Below are positions 18,916-27,883 of a stretch of 64,000 nt of DNA, in pieces. The notes below the pieces were generated by a model. It was not told the DNA's origin, made no database searches, and saw only the letters and a program-made list of their open reading frames with translations. The stretch is from a virus. A program made the translations under genes and the position numbers. Every line of letters begins with the position of its first letter. Within the stretch, counting starts at the first letter, position 1. The DNA is taken from positions 4,061 through 68,060 of IMG/VR virus record IMGVR_UViG_3300012920_000031. One strand, given 5' to 3'.

Positions 18916-20043
18916 TCACTCATTAGACGGGGAATCGTCTAACTCGTAAAAATCAGAAGCATTGCCTTCTCTATTACTGAACTTCATAATAACATCTTCG
19001 TCCATAATTGTCAAGACAGTTTTTCTGAAATTTTCATCCTGAAGCTTGTCGAGCCATTGCTTACGCTGGAACTTTGTTTCTGTTCCGTCGTCATGAACAA
19101 TAGCGAACCAAGCACCAGACTGCTTCAGTCGCTCAGAGATTTGGATCGCGTCGAACCAACTTTCCTCATCCTGAACACCTACAGCATCGTCACCCCAAAG
19201 AATCTTGAAGTTACAAGTTCGACCGGCTGTCCCGAAACGAGACTTTTCCAGCTTTACTTTCACCTCAGATCCAATGCGGTAACCATTATCATCAACAATA
19301 AAACTTGCCTTGGCTTTTCTAGCTGTAAGCCAGATTCGTAGTGAATACGAGTAAGGTAAAGCTTTTCCACCAGGCGTTACGTACGGTGTCGTCATTGCTT
19401 GTGCAGGTGTTCTTGCACCCAAGTTTGTCTTTAGTTGGTTCAAAACCAGCAACGTTGCATTAGCATCTGCAATCGGCACAATGAGCTTTGACATACCTTT
19501 CGCTAAGATTCTAGGCTTTACGGCCATTGACGACTGAGGGTTGAAGTCACCCTCAATGTCTGATATCGAAGGAGTCAAGGCTAAAGAGTCCCAAATAAAC
19601 AACCACTTGTTTCCTGTGGCTAGTAACTCTTCGATTGTCTCTAGCACAAATTCTACTGACTCTGCCTGAACATACAAGAGCTTTTCGAGATCGCAATCAG
19701 CACGCTCTAAAAAAGAAGGGTCAATAGCTGACTCTGAATCGAAATAAACAACGTCGATCCCCATCTTTTGAGCGTTTGCTGCAATCTTAGCTGCCATAAA
19801 TGACTTACCAGTTGCCTCAAGCCCTGCAATTTCAGAAACTTTACCAACTGGGATTCCCGCTAATTTGCCCTTACAGACAATAGAATCTAACCATCGAGAC
19901 CCAGTAGGGATCCACTCATTGACTTCAGTTGGGTTATTATCCTGAAGTGAGTGAGCGACTTCTCTGCCCGCTTTCTTGTTGATGATGCCCTTGATTGCTG
20001 AAATGTCAAGGGCGCCTTTTTTTAGTTTGGTTACTTTAGCCAT
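18916..20043 (-). CDS. recA: RecA/UvsX recombinase
   Basis: IPTGS, GLEATGKS Walker A, DSE, WDSL, LNQLK, TPGGKAL. Confidence 0.93.
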   Translation of the reverse strand: MAKVTKLKKGALDISAIKGIINKKAGREVAHSLQDNNPTEVNEWIPTGSRWLDSIVCKGKLAGIPVGKVSEIAGLEATGKSFMAAKIAANAQKMGIDVVYFDSESAIDPSFLERADCDLEKLLYVQAESVEFVLETIEELLATGNKWLFIWDSLALTPSISDIEGDFNPQSSMAVKPRILAKGMSKLIVPIADANATLLVLNQLKTNLGARTPAQAMTTPYVTPGGKALPYSYSLRIWLTARKAKASFIVDDNGYRIGSEVKVKLEKSRFGTAGRTCNFKILWGDDAVGVQDEESWFDAIQISERLKQSGAWFAIVHDDGTETKFQRKQWLDKLQDENFRKTVLTIMDEDVIMKFSNREGNASDFYELDDSPSNE

Positions 20044-20050
20044 AACCTAC

Positions 20051-20800
20051 CTACTGATTCAACAGGTCGCTGAACGCGGCCTCAACTGAATCTGTCTCGG
20101 TGTTGTTGGTACCAAACTTTTCAACCTCTTGATTACCAGTGTCACCAGCCATAAACTGATCAAGGATTGATTGTACCTCTTCAGTTGTTTTTCTTTCGAA
20201 GATCTCGTCGAAGTTTGGAATCGTTTCCAAAAGCTCCGCGCAGCGGTCATCGCCGCCAACTGCTTCGTCACAAAGAACAGTCTTTCGAGGACGTGGTCGG
20301 ATATCCGTGCGAGGGAAGCTAGCTCCGGGGAGCTTACCGTACATTAGCTTTAAATCGTTCCCTGTCTCTGGATCTGTAATGTCTCCATAGTCGGGATCAA
20401 GGACGATTGTCAAAAGCTTTTCGTAGGCCATCTTGCCATACCCCCAAACACGGATACCCTCCTGTTCTTCACCTCGGACGAGGACCGGGGAAAAGAATCG
20501 TTGCTTTGCAAACATTTCCTTTGCTTGTCTTTTACTTTCTTCTGTGCCTTCGTTCCACAGTTTATTTGCAAAGTTGCATACAGGACAATCATCTCCAAAG
20601 TTTCTCTTTGGGCAAAGAAATGACTGGCCGCCAACTCCATAGTGAAAAAAGCGTTCCTTGAACGGATCGCCATCTGGTGTCGAAACAATACGGATATTGC
20701 TCTCTCCATCTTCAGGTCTCCAGAAGTTTTTCTTCCCTCCTTCGCCCTTTCCATTAAGTTTATCTAACTTCGCTTTCATCGCGTCTAAATTAAGTGCCAC
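20051..20800 (-). CDS. Single-stranded DNA-binding protein (T4 gp32-like)
   Basis: FW.P..G...IRI, CP...G..CPVC Zn site, DITDPETGNDL, acidic tail; GTG start at 20800 with AGGAGG SD. Confidence 0.85.
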   Translation of the reverse strand: MALNLDAMKAKLDKLNGKGEGGKKNFWRPEDGESNIRIVSTPDGDPFKERFFHYGVGGQSFLCPKRNFGDDCPVCNFANKLWNEGTEESKRQAKEMFAKQRFFSPVLVRGEEQEGIRVWGYGKMAYEKLLTIVLDPDYGDITDPETGNDLKLMYGKLPGASFPRTDIRPRPRKTVLCDEAVGGDDRCAELLETIPNFDEIFERKTTEEVQSILDQFMAGDTGNQEVEKFGTNNTETDSVEAAFSDLLNQ

Positions 20801-20882
20801 TATAATACCTCCTATTGGTTTGTTGTTTTTTTGCACACTCTCGGCTATAGCAGGTCAGCGAATATCCTGACCAACTGTTTAT

Positions 20883-20911
20883 ATAATATCTTATTTTTTA
20901 TTCTGTGTCAA
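20883..20911 (-). promoter_or_regulatory. Sigma70-like promoter of ssb-recA
   Basis: TTGACA-17 nt-TATTAT. Confidence 0.75.
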
Positions 20912-21755
20912 GTTTTATTTGCTGAATTTTTGGAGAAAATAATTCCACATAAATGTAGTCATCTTCATATTGTGTTGGATAGATCCCGAAGGAGACCTTT
21001 CTTTCTTCAGTGATTTTTGATTTTACATTATTTGTTATTTTTCTAAACAAATTTTCTTCTGTCCTGAGCTTCTCTTCATTTATACCATAATAATACACCA
21101 TTTCAACTTGATTTTCAAGAGGAAAAAACAACTTTTCTGATTCTCCTATTGATCCCAGTCCAATGGTCGTGATTCTGCAAGATTCTTTTGGTCTTTTGAA
21201 TGTTGATGTTATAGGCTTTGTATTCTTGAACACATCCATCATGTAATAAGTTGACGTAAATACATGATTTATTTGATTGTAATAATCAAATACATTTGTC
21301 GATCCAGCTAAATCTTCTAAGATGATGTTAGACACCAAGCATATCTTATCAAATAAGCCACTTCGAGTAAAGTTTTGTAATATCCCCATAACAGAACGCT
21401 CATGTAAGACTTTTGTATCAGATAGTACATCTGTTTCGGGAACAAAATAAACAATATCCATTTTTATGTCTTTTTTATGCAAATGCTCTAATGCGCGCAA
21501 GGTCAATCCGGTTGAATCTGATGCTCCGCACAAAAAAACTGTACAATGGTCATTTATTTTATCTAACCACTTATGAAGCCGTGACAGATCCATGGATTCA
21601 TACTCTTCAGGGCCCTGCTGTACTGGTAGGCTAAACTTGAATTTAGAAGTTTTATTATTTTCGTTTGAAATGTAGTAGCATTCATACGTAGGGTATTCTG
21701 AAAGTTGTTGCACCACATTGCAGCCTGCAGTTCCTATGCCTAAAAGTTTTTTCAA
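20898..21755 (-). CDS. Divergent tubulin/FtsZ-superfamily protein (PhuZ-like)
   Basis: LLGIGTAGCNVV (T1 loop), FLCGASDSTG (degenerate GGGTGS/TG), P...E, LVSN, YNQINH. Confidence 0.65.
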   Translation of the reverse strand: MKKLLGIGTAGCNVVQQLSEYPTYECYYISNENNKTSKFKFSLPVQQGPEEYESMDLSRLHKWLDKINDHCTVFLCGASDSTGLTLRALEHLHKKDIKMDIVYFVPETDVLSDTKVLHERSVMGILQNFTRSGLFDKICLVSNIILEDLAGSTNVFDYYNQINHVFTSTYYMMDVFKNTKPITSTFKRPKESCRITTIGLGSIGESEKLFFPLENQVEMVYYYGINEEKLRTEENLFRKITNNVKSKITEERKVSFGIYPTQYEDDYIYVELFSPKIQQIKLDTE

Positions 21756-22882
21756 AGATTCAGCTCCTTTAAGTTAGAGAATGTTTTGCCAACCTTGCAT
21801 GTGCTGGTAAAATTACCCCATCGCGTTTTCTCAAATTGCGATTTGATATCTCGTAGCATTATAACATCTTCTTGGCACATGTCAAGTATAATTGAGTCAT
21901 GGAGTGTAAATGCTATGGTAGATTTTTTACCTTTGAGCATTTTTTGAATTTTATATGCGTTTTCCAATACTTGGTCCGACGTTGTTGATTGTAGTAGATA
22001 GTTTTGTGCTTTTCTTTCCTCCACCACTAGTTTACGACCAAATGGCGTTGTAAGGACGCGGTCTTCAGAAAAGTAAAAATCTCGAAAAATTGTCCGCGAA
22101 AAAATTTGGTCAAATCGACTTTTTGAGTTCGAAGGATTATACAGCCAGGCGAACAACTCTATCTTGGCCTGAGACCTCTGAATATTATTTTGAAATACAT
22201 TTTTCACTACCCATTCGTGTATATCTCCTTGAGGCTGTTCTTTTCCAGACAGTGCCATTAGCATTCTGACCTCTGCGGCATTTAGATCTAGTTCTACAAA
22301 CGCATCGTTTTGAGGTCTTAATAATTGTCTCTGTTCTTTCTTTAAAGTTAGAACCGGAATTGAATCTCTTCTTGTTGTTAGCCTGCCGGTGGCTGAGCCA
22401 AAGATGTTGTATAACACTCTTCCTTTCCTATTTCCAAACTGTACAGTCTGTCTTGCAATGTTTGATGTCAAGACATGTATTTTATGCAGAATCTCATAAT
22501 CCTCTTCTTTTTTTGTCGTCTTATAGAGATTCTCCAGGGCTTGCTGTTTTATCTGAAACCACTTCACTAGTTGATGCTCTGGTAATAGATCGAAAAAACA
22601 CTGATCCTGTAGACTTACCTTTGCAGATATAGCTGCTTTTTGGTGTGCCTGCATTTTTTTACTGTATAAGATAAAGGCTTCAGGATCTTGACAGTACGGA
22701 GACAAATCCTCTTCTTTCACAGAAAGAAAAAGATAGTGAAAATTTTCATCTTCTAACAAGGGCGAGTGTTTCCAAGCTAGCGTATACTGATTCGCAGTTG
22801 ATTCTACGTCATCAAATAAAAAAGTATTGTTATGAAATATGCCGCGGCAGTTATCTTTTATATCTAGAGTTTGAAGAATCAC
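21752..22882 (-). CDS. Minimal family A DNA polymerase
   Basis: TGRL, motif A DLNAAEVR, motif B RSQAK...F..LY, TPFGR, NYLLQST, motif C HDS. Confidence 0.8.
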   Translation of the reverse strand: MILQTLDIKDNCRGIFHNNTFLFDDVESTANQYTLAWKHSPLLEDENFHYLFLSVKEEDLSPYCQDPEAFILYSKKMQAHQKAAISAKVSLQDQCFFDLLPEHQLVKWFQIKQQALENLYKTTKKEEDYEILHKIHVLTSNIARQTVQFGNRKGRVLYNIFGSATGRLTTRRDSIPVLTLKKEQRQLLRPQNDAFVELDLNAAEVRMLMALSGKEQPQGDIHEWVVKNVFQNNIQRSQAKIELFAWLYNPSNSKSRFDQIFSRTIFRDFYFSEDRVLTTPFGRKLVVEERKAQNYLLQSTTSDQVLENAYKIQKMLKGKKSTIAFTLHDSIILDMCQEDVIMLRDIKSQFEKTRWGNFTSTCKVGKTFSNLKELNL

Positions 22883-24096
22883 ATAAAATCCTTTATGGTT
22901 ATGTTTTGATAGGAGTTTATTCCTTTTTTATTTTCGTATATTGTTTTTAGATATTCTGAAGTATACAATCCAATTTTCCCTAAAGCCGGCTTTACACTGT
23001 AACCATTTTTATTATATTTTACACCATATATATCTTGTAAGTCAAGAACTAATTGCTTTCTTTCTGATAATTCATCAGGCGTAATATTTATCCCTAGTTC
23101 TTTGTGTCTTATTTCGACCAATTCTTGTATCCACCAAGAGACATCATACTTAGCTTCTATTTGTGGACGTAGTTTAAGAGTTCTCTTAGTCTCTAAGGAT
23201 GTTGAATCTGTTTGGGCCTTTTCGAAAAAAGGATTCTGATCGACAAACTCGTTGTAAAGACCAGTAAAAAATCTCTGTATACTATCCAAATCATCATAGT
23301 GAGTTTTAGTTCTGAAAAGTCTAGAGAGTATATTTTCTGTGCTTGTATCTCTAAAATATTTTAAAATGTGATTTTGCATAACTGAGGATTCAAGGTTGGC
23401 TATCAATCTTGCTGGATAGTTTTTGTCCACGTAAAAGCCAGCTTGATTTGCGACATCAGCATAACACTTAAATTCCTTTGTTTGTACAATCTTACCTTTT
23501 GTAAAATCTTGATCATAGGGCTGGTTTGATAGTTCTATACATAAACCAGAAACATTGATAGGACAATCTAAAGAAAGAAGAAACCCTGATTTTGTTATGG
23601 GCGCAAGTTTTAATTGTGTATATAATTCTTGTCGACAATGCTTCATAAAATCACCGAAGTTGTAAATACTACGCTGGACAGAAGTGATTCTAGACAGCAA
23701 AGACTCTGCTATACGTGTTATATACTCTGAATAAGAAGCTTGAAAATCTACGTGAGCTTTCTTAGGTACCAAATTTTCCAAAAAAGGAGGAAAACTAATC
23801 GATGTTTCTTGTACTATTGAAAGGTAAGAGTCTCTAAACTGATTGAATGCGCTTACAGCAAAAGATACAGCATAAAGATTAGGGTTTGCATAATCACCAA
23901 AATTTGACATGGTGGAATCTTTGTCTTCCGCCAATAACACTACAGGCTCAAAGTCAGCATTATACAATCCATAGTTTGGCTTTTCATACCAAAGGTCTAT
24001 GAAATCTACTTCTGGAATATCCATGTTTTGTTTGTACTTTTTTCTTTCCATGAATGCCAACCTAGAGGGTAAACCATTACTTCCTAAAAAATCCAT
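22879..24096 (-). CDS. Hypothetical protein
   Basis: 405-aa ORF coupled to neighbours; no recognised motif. Confidence 0.6.
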   Translation of the reverse strand: MDFLGSNGLPSRLAFMERKKYKQNMDIPEVDFIDLWYEKPNYGLYNADFEPVVLLAEDKDSTMSNFGDYANPNLYAVSFAVSAFNQFRDSYLSIVQETSISFPPFLENLVPKKAHVDFQASYSEYITRIAESLLSRITSVQRSIYNFGDFMKHCRQELYTQLKLAPITKSGFLLSLDCPINVSGLCIELSNQPYDQDFTKGKIVQTKEFKCYADVANQAGFYVDKNYPARLIANLESSVMQNHILKYFRDTSTENILSRLFRTKTHYDDLDSIQRFFTGLYNEFVDQNPFFEKAQTDSTSLETKRTLKLRPQIEAKYDVSWWIQELVEIRHKELGINITPDELSERKQLVLDLQDIYGVKYNKNGYSVKPALGKIGLYTSEYLKTIYENKKGINSYQNITIKDFM

Positions 24097-26867
24097 TAGT
24101 TACTAGCCTCCGTTTTTATGCTTATACTATTATTTTCACCAACTGAGACTGTAATATTAGGTGCCCCACTGCGGCGCCTTACTAGATATTCTCTACCTTG
24201 ATTCACAACTCTCCTTGATGAAGTGTTGTTTTCTGCAAAACCATTTGTCAATTCTGCTCTAATGATGTCATTCTTTTCATCTTCAGTGAGCAAGGTTGAA
24301 GATCTTATAACATCATAATCTGAAGATTTTTTGCTTTCATAATTTGGTGCGTCATAAGATGGAGCATCATCTGTAGATTTAGACTCAGGATTTTGATCAG
24401 GTGCTTTAGGTTTACTCTGGGTTATCTCCGCCAGGAATGAAGAGTCAGAATCTGCCCAAGAAACATAAGATGTTGACAAGCTAGTTGAGAATGCTGACCC
24501 ATTAAAATTTGTACTTACAGTTATAACCTGGTAATAACCTCCCAGGCCCAATCTAAATGCTGCAGAATTTTTAGACCTGGGGTCTCCAAATCCAATACTA
24601 GAAGGGTTCAGATAAATCATCATACCGGGGAGGAAAAAATTGTTACCAAACATTTCAATATTTGCAGTGTACGGCATCTTTAATTCATCGTATAAAGATA
24701 CAGACTCTAACATCAGCGACTCTTTCCTGCCGGGAATATCGTATTTACTAAATGACACATTCTTCAGCATGCCTCTATTTTTACCTATTTGCAAGTGGTA
24801 GATTCCATCTCTAGCGTCTTTTTTTGCATCACCCGAAAGACCCGATGGTGAATCTTCAGTTGCCTCTGAATATACTATATAATAATCATGGTCATCAGCA
24901 GATCGAGTACTGGTGCCAGCCTTATGAAAGTCTGGTAAGTCATCAATGTCTATCACATCTTTTTTGCCTTGTAGTTTGTTTGATTTTGGACCTGTGACCA
25001 ACAAAGATCTTATGGCAATGTTTGAAGACATAGTAGGTACATCTTCAGAAATATTAGAAGAAAGCGCTTTCGCGATTAGCTTACAACACAAGTCATCTAG
25101 AAAACTTTTTACAGAGAACTTATTTTTTGACATTTGTTCTATTTCATCGAAAAAATGTTTACCTAGTATACTCAACTCTATGGGTACATCAGCAATATTA
25201 ATGACCTTAACACCATTTGGGGTATTTATTGGCACTGTCGAAAAAAGAATTTTCATAGACTTCAGCGAAAGAAGTGATTTCTGAAGCTGCTCTATGTGCG
25301 ATTTCCGATCCAGGCCCTGCATTGCTTGATCACGGGCCTTAGTTATGGCAAAATCTAAATTTCTCATAATGTTAAAAGAGATGGACTCTACGACATCACC
25401 AACATAAACATAGCTAATAGATTTATTTTTCTGGCGGTATCTATACAGTTCGTCAAGTTCTTTCAGGTCCTTGTTGATATCTTGTCTCGCCCTAAGGGTC
25501 TCATCCGCTAGCTCTTTTGATTGTGATACAAGGGTGCTGGTATCTTGAGACCCAAAGCCGCCAGTCAAATCGAAGTTTCCAAGACTTGTGGCAGTGCCTC
25601 CGCTGCCGCCGGCGGATGGGCTACTAAGATTTATTTTTTGCTCCAGTACCTTTTGCGTTTTAGCTTCAAGAGCAGCTTGAATCTTGATCTGCTCTAGAGA
25701 TCTGCCAAACTGTTTCTCTTCTTTTTTAGCGACTTGATTTTCTAGCATTTTTGCGGCCGCATCTGTTTGCGCGGTGAGCTTGTCAGAATCTTGAAACATT
25801 CTGAATGCGGACATGTCCAGAGAGCTAAGACTCATATCGTGTATTCTTTGCTTTGAGCTTTTTGGATTTTTATCATCAGTTAGATAAGTAAATATTCTTC
25901 TTAGTTTTGATACAAGGCGCGCGCGGGATGCCCTTTGTTGTTCTTCTTTTTCTTCTTCAGAAATATCGTCTGGTTTTTTGTCTTTTTTTGCTCCAGATTT
26001 GAAGCCGGCTAGTATTACCAAATCTGATGGTTCCCTCATTACATCATACATACTATCATGCAAGGCGCCCTCCAGTCTACCAATGTAACTAATATCTATG
26101 GTGGCTGTACCATCTTGATTTACATTTATAGAGTGATCATAAAGTGTCATCCTGATGGTTACATTTGTTTTTCTAATTGCTTCTTTTTCGGCCGCTGTAA
26201 ATATGTTACTTCTTTCTGGGAAACTGTAACCCATCCTCATAGCTATCTCGAAACTACTAGCATCCTTAGTCTGCTCTGAAGACACCTCTTTTGAGACACC
26301 GGAGCTTACTGATTTAGACGATCTTCTGGATATGGTAAATAAGTCTGCTAACTTTGCAAAACCAGGAGGTACTTCTTTGAAAATGTTTTCTAAATTATCA
26401 ACAAAAATGCTTAGATTGCAATCTATTTGCTTATCAAAAGAAAAGGGATTGTTTCCTGTGTACTGTACAGACATGCTCTTTATGCCGGATGCACCGATGC
26501 CTGTTCCGGGACCTAGCATGCTTTCTCTTGTTACCCTTTCTGCTGCTATGGGAAAATAAAATGGTATATAATTCGAGTTTTGTACCTTGTACAGGGTTAG
26601 ACTTGGTTGTAAAGAAGATAGCTTATGTGTTTCTAGGTCTAGAAAATGCCTGTAAGCATTTACATTCTTTGGCTTGTATAGCTTTGATACAAAACTTATC
26701 GGAGTATAGTCTCCGTCAATTTTATATACCCCAATTGAATTCTTTATAAGATCGTTATTTATTCTTGATCCGTTTTTTGTATCAGATTTGGCTCTTCTGT
26801 TTTTTGCATACTTTTCGTATACAACATAACCCTGGTCATTGAATTTTCTTGTCTTTATGCTAGCCAT
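24096..26867 (-). CDS. Putative baseplate hub protein
   Basis: Follows tape measure, tube-initiator and LysM genes; C-terminal ANIEMFGN..F.PG....GGYYQVITV resembles hub (gp27/VgrG-like) repeats. Confidence 0.55.
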   Translation of the reverse strand: MASIKTRKFNDQGYVVYEKYAKNRRAKSDTKNGSRINNDLIKNSIGVYKIDGDYTPISFVSKLYKPKNVNAYRHFLDLETHKLSSLQPSLTLYKVQNSNYIPFYFPIAAERVTRESMLGPGTGIGASGIKSMSVQYTGNNPFSFDKQIDCNLSIFVDNLENIFKEVPPGFAKLADLFTISRRSSKSVSSGVSKEVSSEQTKDASSFEIAMRMGYSFPERSNIFTAAEKEAIRKTNVTIRMTLYDHSINVNQDGTATIDISYIGRLEGALHDSMYDVMREPSDLVILAGFKSGAKKDKKPDDISEEEKEEQQRASRARLVSKLRRIFTYLTDDKNPKSSKQRIHDMSLSSLDMSAFRMFQDSDKLTAQTDAAAKMLENQVAKKEEKQFGRSLEQIKIQAALEAKTQKVLEQKINLSSPSAGGSGGTATSLGNFDLTGGFGSQDTSTLVSQSKELADETLRARQDINKDLKELDELYRYRQKNKSISYVYVGDVVESISFNIMRNLDFAITKARDQAMQGLDRKSHIEQLQKSLLSLKSMKILFSTVPINTPNGVKVINIADVPIELSILGKHFFDEIEQMSKNKFSVKSFLDDLCCKLIAKALSSNISEDVPTMSSNIAIRSLLVTGPKSNKLQGKKDVIDIDDLPDFHKAGTSTRSADDHDYYIVYSEATEDSPSGLSGDAKKDARDGIYHLQIGKNRGMLKNVSFSKYDIPGRKESLMLESVSLYDELKMPYTANIEMFGNNFFLPGMMIYLNPSSIGFGDPRSKNSAAFRLGLGGYYQVITVSTNFNGSAFSTSLSTSYVSWADSDSSFLAEITQSKPKAPDQNPESKSTDDAPSYDAPNYESKKSSDYDVIRSSTLLTEDEKNDIIRAELTNGFAENNTSSRRVVNQGREYLVRRRSGAPNITVSVGENNSISIKTEASN

Positions 26868-27207
26868 TTTCTCTTTCTGCGTAATACAACACTTCTTCTA
26901 AGGGTAGAGGAATGTGTACAGTATCTCCTATATTGTACAAATTGTCAATAGGTTTTTTATTGAACCAGCCAATGACCCACCAGTAACTTGTGTCTCCATA
27001 ATATTCATGCGCCAATTTAGAAAGACTATCACTAACAGTAAATATATGATCAATGATGTCAAGGTCTTTCATCTCAGAAGAAGTTATTTTTCCAAACTTC
27101 ATTTTCGATAAGTGTCTAAAAGATTTTATACCCCTTTCTTTGAGAAAGGATTTATACAACTTATTTTCATTTATAAAAATATCTCTATTCTGGTTCCTGT
27201 CTACCAT
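26860..27207 (-). CDS. LysM-type baseplate wedge protein (gp53/gpX-like)
   Basis: DSLSKLAHEYYGDTSYWWVIGWFN...IGDTVHIP. Confidence 0.8.
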   Translation of the reverse strand: MVDRNQNRDIFINENKLYKSFLKERGIKSFRHLSKMKFGKITSSEMKDLDIIDHIFTVSDSLSKLAHEYYGDTSYWWVIGWFNKKPIDNLYNIGDTVHIPLPLEEVLYYAERENG

Positions 27208-27208
27208 A

Positions 27209-27883
27209 CTAGTCTTCTCCTGTTATGATGTCCTGGCGAGCGGAATTGACATCAGGGTTACTGGTGTTTTGAGTATTTTCTGGTATTGATTGGTTTTTTG
27301 TATAAGGGAATCTTCTTGTAATAAACCTGTTTCTTTCAAACCCTAATTCGTGTTCATGTTGTGGGTCAAAATTGAAAGAAACATTAAAGTGTTTTGCCAA
27401 AATTTCTTCATCATCAATAAAAAATCCGACTTCACGATTTGGATCAAAAGTTAAGCCGCTGATACACCCAAGCAAACCTCTCTCAAAATTATCACCTGAG
27501 TTGTTAGTTATCAAATTCATGAATTGCACTCTCAACAGAGGTGGTGCTGCTAAGGTCCTACCTTTACCCAGCCTACCTGTGAGAGGTGCTGAATAAACGG
27601 GATACAACATTTGTATAAACTTACTATAGTTTGCCATATTATTACGTGCTTCAGCTAATGAGGGTGATAGAACGTCAAATCCGATGGCGATGGTTCTTGT
27701 CGTTCCGTTATATGTTTGAATTGGATCCATACGGCCATAGACAGACTCCGGAGTCCACCCGACACTGTACTGGTCACTAAAATTTGTTAGAAACGCTGGG
27801 AACTCTACTCGCAGATCTGTAGAGACGCTGTGTATTTTTATAACTGTCTTTGATCCTTTTGCTACGTCGTTGAATGATATCAT
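27209..27883 (-). CDS. Tail tube initiator/baseplate tube-like protein
   Basis: FPAFLTNFSDQYS..W.....YGRMDPIQTY..T.RTI, APPLLRV; located right after tape measure. Confidence 0.7.
   Translation of the reverse strand: MISFNDVAKGSKTVIKIHSVSTDLRVEFPAFLTNFSDQYSVGWTPESVYGRMDPIQTYNGTTRTIAIGFDVLSPSLAEARNNMANYSKFIQMLYPVYSAPLTGRLGKGRTLAAPPLLRVQFMNLITNNSGDNFERGLLGCISGLTFDPNREVGFFIDDEEILAKHFNVSFNFDPQHEHELGFERNRFITRRFPYTKNQSIPENTQNTSNPDVNSARQDIITGED

Noticed and set aside
23017-23046. Possible internal sigma70 promoter (TTGACT-18-TAAAAT) ahead of mini-polA
   Set aside because: It has non-optimal spacing inside an AT-rich coding region. Plausible, but not supportable from sequence alone.
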